Part shown: in pieces, positions 54,426-64,000 of the stretch | How the letters are laid out: every line of letters starts with the position of its first letter | How positions within the stretch are numbered: position 1 is the first letter of the stretch | Program-made: the position numbers and the translations under genes | Origin: a virus | Reading direction: 5' to 3' (one strand) | Length of the DNA stretch: 64,000 nucleotides | IMG/VR virus record: IMGVR_UViG_2850695442_000001 | The notes under the pieces: generated by a model | The model's input: only the letters and a program-made list of their open reading frames with translations | What the model was told of the DNA's origin: nothing | Databases searched by the model: none

Positions 54426-55064
54426 TTGGGACATATTTTACTGATTGTCGGCATCATTGGGGCAATTCTAACCATTGGATTATTAGCTCTTTTATTTTTA
54501 CCAGAATTAAAAAGTTTGGGAAGCGGTAATGCTAGCGGAGGCTTGTCTTTAGCTTCTTTAGGGAAAGGTTCACTTGATGAATACAATCCCCTCATTATAG
54601 GAATTGCTGAGGATACGTATGTCATACTCTCGCCAAAAGCTGGGGGAGGCTATTATACCTACCTTAAAATCGAAGCTGTTGATTTATTTGATATTTCTGA
54701 TGAAAACTTGGAACGCCGTATTCGTGGATTCGCTAAATTCTTGGAAGCAAATGTTAAAGGCATTCAGTTCGTTAGTTTTGCGACTAAGATTGATTCAAGC
54801 CTGCAAAAGGAACATCTTTCAAGACGTATTGCAAAGGCAAAGACTGAAAAGCAACTACAACTGTTGGAAATTGAAATGCAGAAAATTTATGAAGCAGAGC
54901 TGACAGACCAACAAAAAGTATTTTATTTTAAAATATTTGACCGTAAGTTGGGAAGCTTAAAGAAGCGCATCATGTTACTAGGAGCTATTAACAATGATTT
55001 TCCTTATGAGCAAATCAAAGGAATGGATGAAATAGCCGAAATTGAGAAAAAACTTGTTGAATAA
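54426..55064 (+). CDS. conjugation protein (TrsD-like)
   Basis: TTG start after GGAGGT, N-terminal TM, immediately upstream of virB4. Confidence 0.55.
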   Translation: MGHILLIVGIIGAILTIGLLALLFLPELKSLGSGNASGGLSLASLGKGSLDEYNPLIIGIAEDTYVILSPKAGGGYYTYLKIEAVDLFDISDENLERRIRGFAKFLEANVKGIQFVSFATKIDSSLQKEHLSRRIAKAKTEKQLQLLEIEMQKIYEAELTDQQKVFYFKIFDRKLGSLKKRIMLLGAINNDFPYEQIKGMDEIAEIEKKLVE

Positions 55065-55079
55065 ATCAAAGGAGAAAGA

Positions 55080-57149
55080 ATGCGACAACAACCAACATTA
55101 CTTGGAACAAATCCTACGATATTGGGAAAGAAAAAGACTATCAAAATAAAAGGCAATAAAAAAGAAAAGCAAAAAGAGGAGAGTGCGCGACCACCTTATA
55201 CAAACGAACGAATGAAGTTGGAGCAGTTAAAGCGGTTGATTGCGAAACAACGTCAAAAGGGTTATGATGTTGATTTTATTTCCAAAACACAGCCCTCAGG
55301 GACGATTACTTTTGAAGAAAGTTATGTTCAAACAGGGAGTGGCATAGAAACGACAGTTCTTGTTGATGCATTCCCTCAAAGTCCGTTGCCTTTTTGGATT
55401 GTCAACTTAGCAGAATCAGCCCCAGATGTGATTTGTATTATGAATATTGAGTCTGAAAACAAAGTAACAACGAGACGACGATATCAAAAGATGCTGCGAG
55501 AAGAAAAATTTGGGCTAGAACACGCCAAAGATGACTCTGCGGCAATGGAAGCGCAAATTGAAGTGGAAAAATTGCAACAACTCATTCTGGGAACCTTTCA
55601 AGGGGAATCCTCTCAAAAAGTTATTTCCGTGCGCCTCACCATTAAAACGGTGGACAAAAAATCGCATCAGGAGCGTTTAACGGAATTAGTCAATACACTT
55701 AAAGGAGGAGGCTTTCATGCGCAAGCTTTTCCAAGTGACACGAAAGCACTTTATGATGCCAAATGGCTTTCTCCTGAACAGACTTCTAGTTCCTTTTATA
55801 AAATTGCGCCTTTTTCTATTAGTTCAAACGACCTCGCCAAAGGCTATCCTTTTAATCATACAGAGTTGACAGACCCAGAGGGTGCTTATCAGGGACGAAC
55901 AGACACAGGAGGGGCTATTTTCTTTGACCCTTGGTATCGTATTGGACAACGTACCGCAAGTAATATCATGATTTTAGGGAAGACCGGAGCGGGGAAATCT
56001 CACTTCATTAAGAAGAATTTAGATTTTCAAGTAGCCCTTGGGAATCGAATCATCACCTTTTCTAAAAATAATGAATACAATAAATGGACAAAAGATGTCA
56101 ATGGGATTGTCGTTGGTATGTTTAGTTCAACAGAGCGTATCAACATGATGCAGGTTTCTGGCTCTGTTTCAAAGGTAAACGAAGACGGTTCGGGAAAAAA
56201 TGAGATAGATATTTCAGCCTCATTTACAGCCCATATTTCAAGTATCGTGAATAATTTCAGATTACTTGACCGCACAATTACGGATACCGAATCGAATGCT
56301 ATGTCTGTTATTTTGAATCAGTTTTATATTGCTTATGGTATTTGGAGAAGCCCAGAAGATTTAGCGAAGTTTGGAATGCCAGATGTGACATCTTTGTCTC
56401 CTGAAGAATATCCTATTTTATCTGACCTTCAAGACTTTGTTTACAAGACTCTAGAACTTTTTACAGACGCTTCAACAGAATATAAAATGAAAACAGCACT
56501 TAAAATGCTCATAGAAGTAGGCTCTGGTGTCTTTGATGGGATAACGAATGTCCGTGACCTGACTAAAGAGCAGGTAGTTTGTTTTGATTTGGATACATTA
56601 TTAGCCCAAGACCGAGCTTTCCAGCAAATTCAGCTTGCTAATGCCTTTAACTTGATTGTTTCACAAGCATTAATTTCGGGCTTAAAACAGCGTGATTATG
56701 TGGCAGAGGGGGGCGACCCAGATGGTGTGATGCACACGATATTAATGATAGATGAGTGCCATAATTTGATTAATATTCATAATCCATTTATTGCCGAACA
56801 GGTAACGACCTCTTTGCGTGAATTACGTAAACTCTATGGTGCGATTTGGTTGGCAACACAGACACCAAAGGAAATGCGTCCTTCTGGAACACCACAAACA
56901 AAAGAATTAATGACCGCTGTTGAATCCATTAATAAGATTGTTGATTTTATGACGTATCGTTTTTTGTTTAACTTGGATAATTCAGCTGAAATCAAAGATT
57001 TGATTGGAGATAACCTCCCGGAGGAATATGCAAAAGCTATTCCACTTCTTGACAAAGGGCAATGTGTCTTTATGTCTGGGAAGACGGTTATGAAAATGAG
57101 CGTCCACTTTGACCCTGTACGTAATCAAGTCTATTCAGGAGGTGAATAA
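55080..57149 (+). CDS. virB4: VirB4-family conjugative ATPase
   Basis: YPFNHTELTDPEG..QGRTDTGG, Walker A GKTGAGKS, Walker B LMIDECH, LRKLYG..WLATQ. Confidence 0.92.
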   Translation: MRQQPTLLGTNPTILGKKKTIKIKGNKKEKQKEESARPPYTNERMKLEQLKRLIAKQRQKGYDVDFISKTQPSGTITFEESYVQTGSGIETTVLVDAFPQSPLPFWIVNLAESAPDVICIMNIESENKVTTRRRYQKMLREEKFGLEHAKDDSAAMEAQIEVEKLQQLILGTFQGESSQKVISVRLTIKTVDKKSHQERLTELVNTLKGGGFHAQAFPSDTKALYDAKWLSPEQTSSSFYKIAPFSISSNDLAKGYPFNHTELTDPEGAYQGRTDTGGAIFFDPWYRIGQRTASNIMILGKTGAGKSHFIKKNLDFQVALGNRIITFSKNNEYNKWTKDVNGIVVGMFSSTERINMMQVSGSVSKVNEDGSGKNEIDISASFTAHISSIVNNFRLLDRTITDTESNAMSVILNQFYIAYGIWRSPEDLAKFGMPDVTSLSPEEYPILSDLQDFVYKTLELFTDASTEYKMKTALKMLIEVGSGVFDGITNVRDLTKEQVVCFDLDTLLAQDRAFQQIQLANAFNLIVSQALISGLKQRDYVAEGGDPDGVMHTILMIDECHNLINIHNPFIAEQVTTSLRELRKLYGAIWLATQTPKEMRPSGTPQTKELMTAVESINKIVDFMTYRFLFNLDNSAEIKDLIGDNLPEEYAKAIPLLDKGQCVFMSGKTVMKMSVHFDPVRNQVYSGGE

Positions 57150-57152
57150 CGC

Positions 57153-58049
57153 ATGGCATTAAGAGAGACGAATGACAAAGATGAGCAAAAAATTGATTTT
57201 AGCCACTCTGATAAGAAAAACGCACGAAAGCTGTATGGGAGCATAGGAGGCGTGCTTGTACTCTTTCTTGCTCTTGGATTTACCTTGCGTACTCCTCCAA
57301 AACCTGTGACGCCCACCTTGACGAAAATGAACACTTCACAAGTAACAGCTGTCGGGAATATCTATTATATCGGAACCAGTCTTAGTGCCTCTAAGAAAAT
57401 GGCACAGTCTCTTTATTATATTGATGCGCCACAAACAGATGGTGCGCTCTCTATTAAAGTGACAGCTACTCTTACAGCTCAAAATGGGAATGCGGTTGAA
57501 AGCAAAGTCTATCAAGCAGGGGCACATATCTTTGCGATAGAGTATAAACCACAAGCTAAGTTGCCTATTATCTCTCAATCTATTGCCATAAAGAATTTAT
57601 CTATAGTGAGTGATGAGGGAACGACAAATGAAGCCCAAGCAGTCTCAGACCCCTTTGTAGTCAAACCGAACAATAAAGTGAAGTATCAAGTCCCAAATTA
57701 TCGTCATTTAATAACGGAAGAATTGGTTTATCAAATTAACTTGTATAACAAAGAAATTGCCAAGCAGGGAAAGACGTTGACGCAAGCGACAAATAAGCTC
57801 AATAAAGATAATCAAACGATTGATGCTATCAACGCTCAAAATAAAACGAATTTAACAGAGGACCAGTTAAATGCCAATCAGTCACAGGTGGATGCATTAA
57901 CTGCGGATGTCGCTACACAACAAGCCAATATCGCTCAAGCAAAGGCTCAACAACAGACTTTACAGGAAAATCTAAAGAAAGCCATAAATGTTCAAGAAGC
58001 GGTTAAAAAGGCGACCACGGATGATGCCATTGCAAAAGCATTGGGCTAG
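57153..58049 (+). CDS. membrane-anchored coiled-coil conjugation protein
   Basis: Single TM and a long Q/A/N-rich coiled-coil tail. Confidence 0.65.
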   Translation: MALRETNDKDEQKIDFSHSDKKNARKLYGSIGGVLVLFLALGFTLRTPPKPVTPTLTKMNTSQVTAVGNIYYIGTSLSASKKMAQSLYYIDAPQTDGALSIKVTATLTAQNGNAVESKVYQAGAHIFAIEYKPQAKLPIISQSIAIKNLSIVSDEGTTNEAQAVSDPFVVKPNNKVKYQVPNYRHLITEELVYQINLYNKEIAKQGKTLTQATNKLNKDNQTIDAINAQNKTNLTEDQLNANQSQVDALTADVATQQANIAQAKAQQQTLQENLKKAINVQEAVKKATTDDAIAKALG

Positions 58050-58058
58050 GAGAAGAAA

Positions 58059-58511
58059 ATGAGTAGTCAATATTTAAACGAACCCATTAAAATTTACTCT
58101 ACACAAAAGAAAGATATGAAGCTCTTTAGAGGTGTCAATGTTTGGTATATTGGAGCAGGAGCTGTGCAGCTGCCGCTCTTCATGAGTCTCTATAATCAAA
58201 AACTAAGTTTGGGGTTTATCATTCCCATTATTATCATCACAACAGTCCTTTCACTGAACGGGGTACGTTGGTCTAATAAATATAAAGGACGGAGAAATTA
58301 TCGTAACATCCTTCGTTCATTGACACAGCGTAGGCAGAAATTTCAGACCTATAATATCAAGGCGATTCAGTGGGCAGAAGTAGAGGCTGCGGAGTATGAT
58401 GTCTATAATGATACCGTGGATGCGATAGAGAGCCTTATACTGGAGCGTATGGCACGTTTAGGAATTGTAGATGCACAAGAACTCAAAGCAATCAATCAAA
58501 GTATTCATTAA
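58059..58511 (+). CDS. VirB3/PrgI-like membrane protein (DUF5592-like)
   Basis: Y...IKIY..KKDMKLFRGV start with two TMs, located in the T4SS cluster. Confidence 0.55.
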   Translation: MSSQYLNEPIKIYSTQKKDMKLFRGVNVWYIGAGAVQLPLFMSLYNQKLSLGFIIPIIIITTVLSLNGVRWSNKYKGRRNYRNILRSLTQRRQKFQTYNIKAIQWAEVEAAEYDVYNDTVDAIESLILERMARLGIVDAQELKAINQSIH

Positions 58512-58645
58512 AAAATATCAGCCCATTCATTGCTGGCTGATATTTTTGTAAGGTTACCCGGCATAAAAAATAATAGGCGATAATGTTATGAGGATAGAAA
58601 AATTGCAATAAAAGTTTGGCTCAACCATGCGGATAGTCAGGCTAA

Positions 58646-58683
58646 GGATTTGTTTGGGACTTGTAATATTTTTATGGTATAAT
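58646..58683 (+). promoter_or_regulatory. GGATTT-N26-TATAAT variant, copy 13
   Basis: aaGGATTTgttt...tggTATAAT upstream of ORF 58713. Confidence 0.7.
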
Positions 58684-58712
58684 GATGCGTTTGCCAATTT
58701 TTTGGCGAGAAA

Positions 58713-59028
58713 TGGAGAAAATATGAATCAGTTAGTACGAACAGTGAAACGTTATCCCTTTCAAGTATGGGCGGTTGTTTCTAATTTAGGAGTCTTTGCT
58801 TGGCTTCAAGCCAATACGGGACGATTTGTGCAAGAAGGTAAAGCGATGATGGCAACGCATCAGAGCGACCTTGAAAGATTTTGGAATTTTCTTAAAGAGA
58901 ATCCGCTCATAGTTTTAGGAATTGCAGTCATATTAGTGATTAGCTTTCATTTCTTAGAGAATATAGGACGTACTATTTTTACCCTTTTGAATCTTTTACT
59001 TTTACTCAAAATTTTGGGAGTATTTTAA
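58713..59028 (+). CDS. small multi-TM membrane protein
   Basis: RBS GGAG before ATG near 58713-58725; three hydrophobic segments. Start approximate. Confidence 0.55.
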
Positions 59029-59221
59029 ATCAGAAACAAAAAAAGCAGAGAGTGATTGCAAAAGACAATCATTATCTGCTTTTTCCTTTGCCTAAAGGTT
59101 ACAAAGGGACTTTCAGAATACCACAAGTTCTTATTTTTTACAAGTAAGTGTTCATTCTATGTGAGAAACATTTTATTCCTCCTATTTTTCTTTCTTTAGT
59201 GCTTGAAAATGGTACTACAGC

Positions 59222-59259
59222 GGACTTCTTACCCGACAAAAGAAAAGACATGAGATAAT
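59222..59259 (+). promoter_or_regulatory. GGACTT-N26-GATAAT motif, copy 14
   Basis: Upstream of the intein-helicase. Confidence 0.75.
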
Positions 59260-59292
59260 AATAGAAAAAGCATAAGAAAGAATAAGTTTGAT

Positions 59293-62200
59293 ATGGATTT
59301 GATTAAAGAATTGGATATTAAAAATGATGTTCCTTCCGTAAAATTGCGCTATTATCAAGAAGAAGCGAAAGCTGCGATTGAAGCAGAATGGGAAAAAGGC
59401 AACAAAAGAACCCTAGTTGTTATGGCAACAGGGTGTCATAGAGTCGGTGAAGGTCTTTTAATGGCTGATGGAACTGTTCAAAAAGTTGAAAATATCAAAG
59501 TTGGTGATAAATTATTAGGGGGTGACGGCTCTCCTCGTACAGTATTAAAACGGCATGAAGGAGAAGATGAAATTTATGAGATTAAACCTATCAAAGGAAA
59601 AAGTTTTTTTGTAACAGGGAATCATAAACTAACTTTGGTGAAAACAAGAAGGCGTGGAGATAATTCGCCACAGTATCCATCTTATCAGTATGATGCTTCT
59701 TTTGTAGATGTATCAGTAGATGATTGGCTTTCATGGGGTAAAACACAAAAGCATATCCATAAATTAGTTAGAACAACAGGGGTTGAATTTCTAAATAAGG
59801 TTACTTTACCTCTTCCCCCTCATTTTCTTGGTGTTCTTCTTGGAGATGGTGGCTTGAAGTATCAGTTAAATGTGACTACTATGGATGAAGAAATTGTTGA
59901 AGAACTCATTAATCAAACTAAGGCACTTAATATGGAGCTTAGTCATACACCTGCTGGACGAGCAAAAACATATAAATTTTTAGATAATCATAAGCACAAT
60001 AATAAATTAAGAAATATTTTAGATACTTTAGATTTAACTGATAAAGGCTCAGAAGAAAAATTTATTCCACAAATTTACAAAACTGCATCTACGCAAGATA
60101 GACTAGAATTAATTGCAGGATTATTAGATACAGATGGAAGTTTAAGCAATACAACTTATGATTTTACATCTAAATCAAAACAATTAGCAGAAGATTTGGT
60201 ATTTCTTTGTCGCTCGGTTGGTTTAGCCGCTTATATGTCTGAAGCTAAAAAAGGAATAAAAAGTTTAAATTTTGAAGCAATTTATTGGCGTGTATGTATT
60301 AGTGGAAATACTGATAGAATTCCATGTAGAGTAGCGCATAAAATTGCTTCCAAAAGAAAACAAAAGAAAAATGTACTTAGAACAGGTTTTACTGTGACTC
60401 CTGTTGGAAAAGATAATTATGTTGGTTTTACAGTAGATGGAGATAATCGTTACTTACTAGATGATTTTACGATTACTCATAACTGTGGCAAAACGATAGT
60501 CATGGCAAAGGTCGCGGAAGAACAACAACGTCTTCATCCAGACAAACAAATTTTAGTGCTTGCTCACCGTGGAGAACTGCTAAATCAAGCAATGAATAAA
60601 TTTGAAAAAGCAACAGCACTTACCACTGTAAAAGAGAAAGCCCAAGAGACAAGTATTGGTTCGGAAGCACAAGTCGTTGTTGCTTCTGTTCAAACCATGA
60701 AAAATGATAAACGTCTGCATCAATTTGACCCAGAACAGTTTAGCACCATTATGGTCGATGAGACACATCATATTATGGCAAAGATGTACCGCAAAGTCAT
60801 TGACTATTTCCCCAATGCGAATATGTTAGGTGTCACAGCGACAGCTGACCGGACAGATAAATTAGATTTAGGAGAAGTATTTGACAGTGTTGCTTATGAG
60901 TACGATTTAGCAACAGCTATTAAGGACGGCTATCTTTCTCCATTAACCGCTCAGACTATTCCAATTAATATTGATTTAAACGGCGTACATATGAAAGCAG
61001 GAGATTTTAATGAATCTGAACTTGATGATGTTTTAGGACCTTATTTAGAACGAATCGCAGATGAAATGGTCCTCGCGTGTGAAGGACGACAAACAGTCGT
61101 TTTTATGCCGTTGATTGCGACTTCCAAACGTTTTGTGGATATCCTAAATAAAAAAGGCTTTCGTGCTGCTGAGGTCAATGGACAATCTAAGAATCGGGAT
61201 ACCATTCTCAAAGATTTTGAAAATCGGAAATATGAAGTGTTGGTGAATGCCATTTTGCTTACTGAAGGTTGGGATTGTCCGACTGTGGATTGTATTGTTA
61301 TGCTTCGTCCAACCAAAAGCCGAAGTCTTTATGCACAGTGTATTGGGCGGGGAACTCGCTTATCGCAAGGAAAAAAAGAGTGCCTTATTTTAGATTTTCT
61401 CTGGAATAGTTCTAAGCACGCACTCTGTCATCCTGTTTCGCTTCTTACCAAAAATGAAGCACTGGTACATAATGCGTCACTCCTCGCACAAAATGGCGAA
61501 CCAAAAGCTGTTGACGAGTTAGTTGAAGAAGCGAAAGAAGAATATAAAAAAGCACAATATGCACAGTTGACACGAGAATTAGAAGCTCTTTCTATTCGGC
61601 GCCGTCGGAAAAAGCTTGACCCTTTTGAAATTTTTCTAGGGAATGCGAATGGTGTGGATTTCTCTGATGAAACCCAGAAAATGACAATGAGTCAAAATCA
61701 AAAAAACTGGTTGGATAGTAATAATATAGATACTTCTTTGATTAAAACCTACGCACAAGCTGAGAGTTTAATCAATCAATTAACACATCGTGAACCAGAC
61801 CAAGCTACGCTGAAGCAAGTGAAACTTCTTAAAGATAAAGGATTTAAACAGGCTGACCAATGGACAAAAGTAGAAGCGTCCGAAGTCATAGGAAAAATAG
61901 CAGAAAACTTCTGGGAAGTGCCACGCTCAATCCATCCAAATACATATCAACCAAAACGCTTAGAAAATATTGAAAATAAAGAGAATTCTTCCTCAATACA
62001 ACACTCTGAGATAAAAGAGCGTATTAAAAAATTTGATAAACTGATAGAAAAGCAATTTTTAGAGTTGATTGCATCTGATAAAGAAGTGACAGCTAATGAT
62101 AAGTTACGAAAAGCCATGCTTCAAGCCATGATGGAAGAAAAAAGCAACAGAGTAACGGCAATAAAACGAGCCTTTTTACAGAAAAAATCTCAAAAAGAAA

Positions 62201-62706
62201 TAGATGGTATTGTTTATCAAGAAAACAAAGAATTTTACACTCAAACGAAGGAAGCTTGGAAAGTCTCAGAAGAAAAGCTTCGACAAGAAAAACGGCGAGA
62301 AGCCCGCAAAAAGGAGCGGGTGAAAAAAGAACAAAAGCAAAAAGAAAAAATCATAAGTCGAGAAAAAGCCGAAGAAGTCAGCAAGGCGCGTGAAGATAAA
62401 ATTAAAGAGTTGTTTCCTGATGAATGGTACTTAGTTAAAGCACTTAATGGACGATGGATGAAAAAATATAAAGGGCGGATTACTGCTATCGCTCTTACAA
62501 AACGTGAAGGGGATTATTATGTGAGAGTCCACATTTCTGATTTTAATAAGAAAACATTCAAGGAAAGAAAAAAAAAACAAATTATTGACCATTTCTATGG
62601 GTTTAGCTCTGAAGTGCATTTTAGAGGCGAAAAGCATCTCTCTATTCCGATTTCAACACTCAAAGAATTTTTTTACAAGGAGACAGTGGTAGCAGCCATT
62701 TTGTGA
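59293..62706 (+). CDS. DEAD/DEAH-box SF2 helicase (phage/type III Res-like) containing an intein
   Basis: After splicing: ATGCGKT Walker A, VDETHH, TATADRTD, LTEGWD, YAQCIGRGTR; long basic C-terminal extension. Confidence 0.9.
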   Translation: MDLIKELDIKNDVPSVKLRYYQEEAKAAIEAEWEKGNKRTLVVMATGCHRVGEGLLMADGTVQKVENIKVGDKLLGGDGSPRTVLKRHEGEDEIYEIKPIKGKSFFVTGNHKLTLVKTRRRGDNSPQYPSYQYDASFVDVSVDDWLSWGKTQKHIHKLVRTTGVEFLNKVTLPLPPHFLGVLLGDGGLKYQLNVTTMDEEIVEELINQTKALNMELSHTPAGRAKTYKFLDNHKHNNKLRNILDTLDLTDKGSEEKFIPQIYKTASTQDRLELIAGLLDTDGSLSNTTYDFTSKSKQLAEDLVFLCRSVGLAAYMSEAKKGIKSLNFEAIYWRVCISGNTDRIPCRVAHKIASKRKQKKNVLRTGFTVTPVGKDNYVGFTVDGDNRYLLDDFTITHNCGKTIVMAKVAEEQQRLHPDKQILVLAHRGELLNQAMNKFEKATALTTVKEKAQETSIGSEAQVVVASVQTMKNDKRLHQFDPEQFSTIMVDETHHIMAKMYRKVIDYFPNANMLGVTATADRTDKLDLGEVFDSVAYEYDLATAIKDGYLSPLTAQTIPINIDLNGVHMKAGDFNESELDDVLGPYLERIADEMVLACEGRQTVVFMPLIATSKRFVDILNKKGFRAAEVNGQSKNRDTILKDFENRKYEVLVNAILLTEGWDCPTVDCIVMLRPTKSRSLYAQCIGRGTRLSQGKKECLILDFLWNSSKHALCHPVSLLTKNEALVHNASLLAQNGEPKAVDELVEEAKEEYKKAQYAQLTRELEALSIRRRRKKLDPFEIFLGNANGVDFSDETQKMTMSQNQKNWLDSNNIDTSLIKTYAQAESLINQLTHREPDQATLKQVKLLKDKGFKQADQWTKVEASEVIGKIAENFWEVPRSIHPNTYQPKRLENIENKENSSSIQHSEIKERIKKFDKLIEKQFLELIASDKEVTANDKLRKAMLQAMMEEKSNRVTAIKRAFLQKKSQKEIDGIVYQENKEFYTQTKEAWKVSEEKLRQEKRREARKKERVKKEQKQKEKIISREKAEEVSKAREDKIKELFPDEWYLVKALNGRWMKKYKGRITAIALTKREGDYYVRVHISDFNKKTFKERKKKQIIDHFYGFSSEVHFRGEKHLSIPISTLKEFFYKETVVAAIL
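59434..60483 (+). mobile_element. intein with LAGLIDADG homing endonuclease (350 aa)
   Basis: Starts CHRVGEGLLMADG, contains FVTGNHKL (block B), LGVLLGDG and IAGLLDTDG, ends FTITHN, followed by the C+1 Cys. Confidence 0.95.
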
Positions 62707-62724
62707 TAAAGCAGATACATAAAA

Positions 62725-62762
62725 GGACATTTTTCTCGTCCTTTTTTTTCTTGTGGGATAAT
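62725..62762 (+). promoter_or_regulatory. GGACAT-N26-GATAAT variant, copy 15 (inverted repeat AAAAGGAC/GTCCTTTT)
   Basis: Upstream of the antirepressor. Confidence 0.7.
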
Positions 62763-62791
62763 TATTGTAGAAAATAATTGGAGGAAAGAAG

Positions 62792-63613
62792 ATGAATTCA
62801 AATTTAACGATGCAAGAATTGATTAAAGTTGTACAAAATGATAATGGCGAACAAGTAGTAAGTGCAAGGGATTTGCATAAAGGACTTGGACTTTCAAAGA
62901 AATTTTCAGCGTGGTGGGAACAAAACTCATTATTGCTTATCGAGAAAGAAGATTTTACAAGGGAACCTCAAAGTTACCTTGTTCAAAAAGGGAATGGAGC
63001 GAGTCAATTATTCGATGATTACGTCTTGACGATTGACGCTGCAAAACATTTAGCTATGCAAAGTAAAACTGAAAAAGGGCGTGAATATCGTAATTACTTT
63101 ATTTTAGTTGAAAAAGCATGGAATTCTGATGAAATGATTCTTATGCGAAGCAGACAAATTCTTGAACGAAAAGTTGATAGACTACAAATTGAGCTTCAAG
63201 AGAAAGAAGTATTAACTGCTCAACTTCAACTTGAAAAAGAAAACTTAAAACTAGAATTAGAAGAAGCGACAGAAAAAACACGGTATCTTGATATCATCTT
63301 AGAATCTAAAGATGAAATGGTCGTCAAACAACTGGCGCAAGATTACGGGATGTCTGCTATTCAATTCAACCGGATTTTACACGAATTAAAAATTCAATAC
63401 AAGGTCAACGGACAATGGATTTTATACGCAAAGTATCAAGCAAAAGGCTACACTAAGAGCCGTACTGTTTCTTTCTTAGACCATAATGGTATCCAACATA
63501 CACGAGTAAATACTTGCTGGAGTCAGAAAGGAAGAGAGTTTCTTTATAGAAAACTGCTCAATCAAAATATTCTTCCATTGATTGAACAAGAACAAGAGGT
63601 AAAGTATGGCTAA
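62792..63613 (+). CDS. phage antirepressor (AntA/AntB N-domain plus KilAC C-domain)
   Basis: VSARDLHKGLG..KKFSAW...DYVLTIDAAKHLAM...GREYRNYFILVEKAWNS and QLAQDYGMSAIQFNRILHEL...WSQKGREFLY. Confidence 0.92.
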   Translation: MNSNLTMQELIKVVQNDNGEQVVSARDLHKGLGLSKKFSAWWEQNSLLLIEKEDFTREPQSYLVQKGNGASQLFDDYVLTIDAAKHLAMQSKTEKGREYRNYFILVEKAWNSDEMILMRSRQILERKVDRLQIELQEKEVLTAQLQLEKENLKLELEEATEKTRYLDIILESKDEMVVKQLAQDYGMSAIQFNRILHELKIQYKVNGQWILYAKYQAKGYTKSRTVSFLDHNGIQHTRVNTCWSQKGREFLYRKLLNQNILPLIEQEQEVKYG

Positions 63614-64000
63614 AAAAGGTGGAAATTCAAATCGAGGGTGCGGTGCAACCATCGGAGCTATCCTATTTTTATTGGTCCTGTTTTTTTCATTAGCTTTCGT
63701 GGCAGTGCGCGTGGCTAACGCACATGGCTTTGATGTTTTAGGAACTTTAAAAAATGCAGGAACTTGGATATGGAAGAACTCTGATACAAAGGGAATTGAT
63801 GATGTGAAATTTTCGGCACCTAACACCAGTAGTATTAAATCAGCCGTAGATAAAGGAAAAACAGTGGCTGGGAATGTTGCTTCAAACGCAAATACCGCAT
63901 TAGATAAGGCAAATCCAAATACACAATCTAGTGCAACGACAACTCAAGGAAATGTTGATTATGGTAAGACAATGGATAAACAACCAACAGAAAGTTTGGC
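63606..64000 (+). CDS. membrane-anchored protein, partial (runs off the right edge)
   Basis: MAKKGGNSNRGCGATIGAILFLLVLFFSLAFVAV..., open to base 64000. Confidence 0.65.
   Translation, partial: MAKKGGNSNRGCGATIGAILFLLVLFFSLAFVAVRVANAHGFDVLGTLKNAGTWIWKNSDTKGIDDVKFSAPNTSSIKSAVDKGKTVAGNVASNANTALDKANPNTQSSATTTQGNVDYGKTMDKQPTESL

Overview
This AT-rich window (about 35% GC by eye) is part of a large conjugative element, probably a plasmid, of a lactic acid bacterium. At least 15 copies of the L. lactis Chi heptamer GCGCGTG and an IS712-like IS21 element point to Lactococcus. Left to right: (1) an ImmA/IrrE plus XRE switch, a ParM-like actin, a phage-type replication initiator with intragenic palindromic iterons, and a C5 DNA methyltransferase; (2) an RNA island with five tRNAs (one with a rare ACA anticodon), a tRNA-like element and a ~580-nt ROOL/GOLLD-like ornate RNA candidate; (3) an intact tnpB element; (4) a ~840-nt ORF-free, heavily structured region behind a conserved promoter; (5) a leading-region-like array (ssb, RecT/Bet, DUF1351, NrdH, an SF2 helicase, a PARP-fold ADP-ribosyltransferase, a type I TA-like locus, many small ORFs) separated by repeated hairpin leaders; (6) an Spx-like protein, a type IA topoisomerase, a catalytically degenerate IscB with its omega RNA, a deleted IS21 and an LXG toxin-immunity cluster; (7) Gram-positive T4SS genes, an intein-containing helicase and an antirepressor. 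A bipartite motif, GGACTT-N26-GATAAT, recurs 15 times with exact spacing in front of transcription units and suggests an element-specific regulon. No relaxase, coupling protein, phage structural gene or CRISPR array was recognised. All family assignments come from motif recognition by eye; no database search was run.
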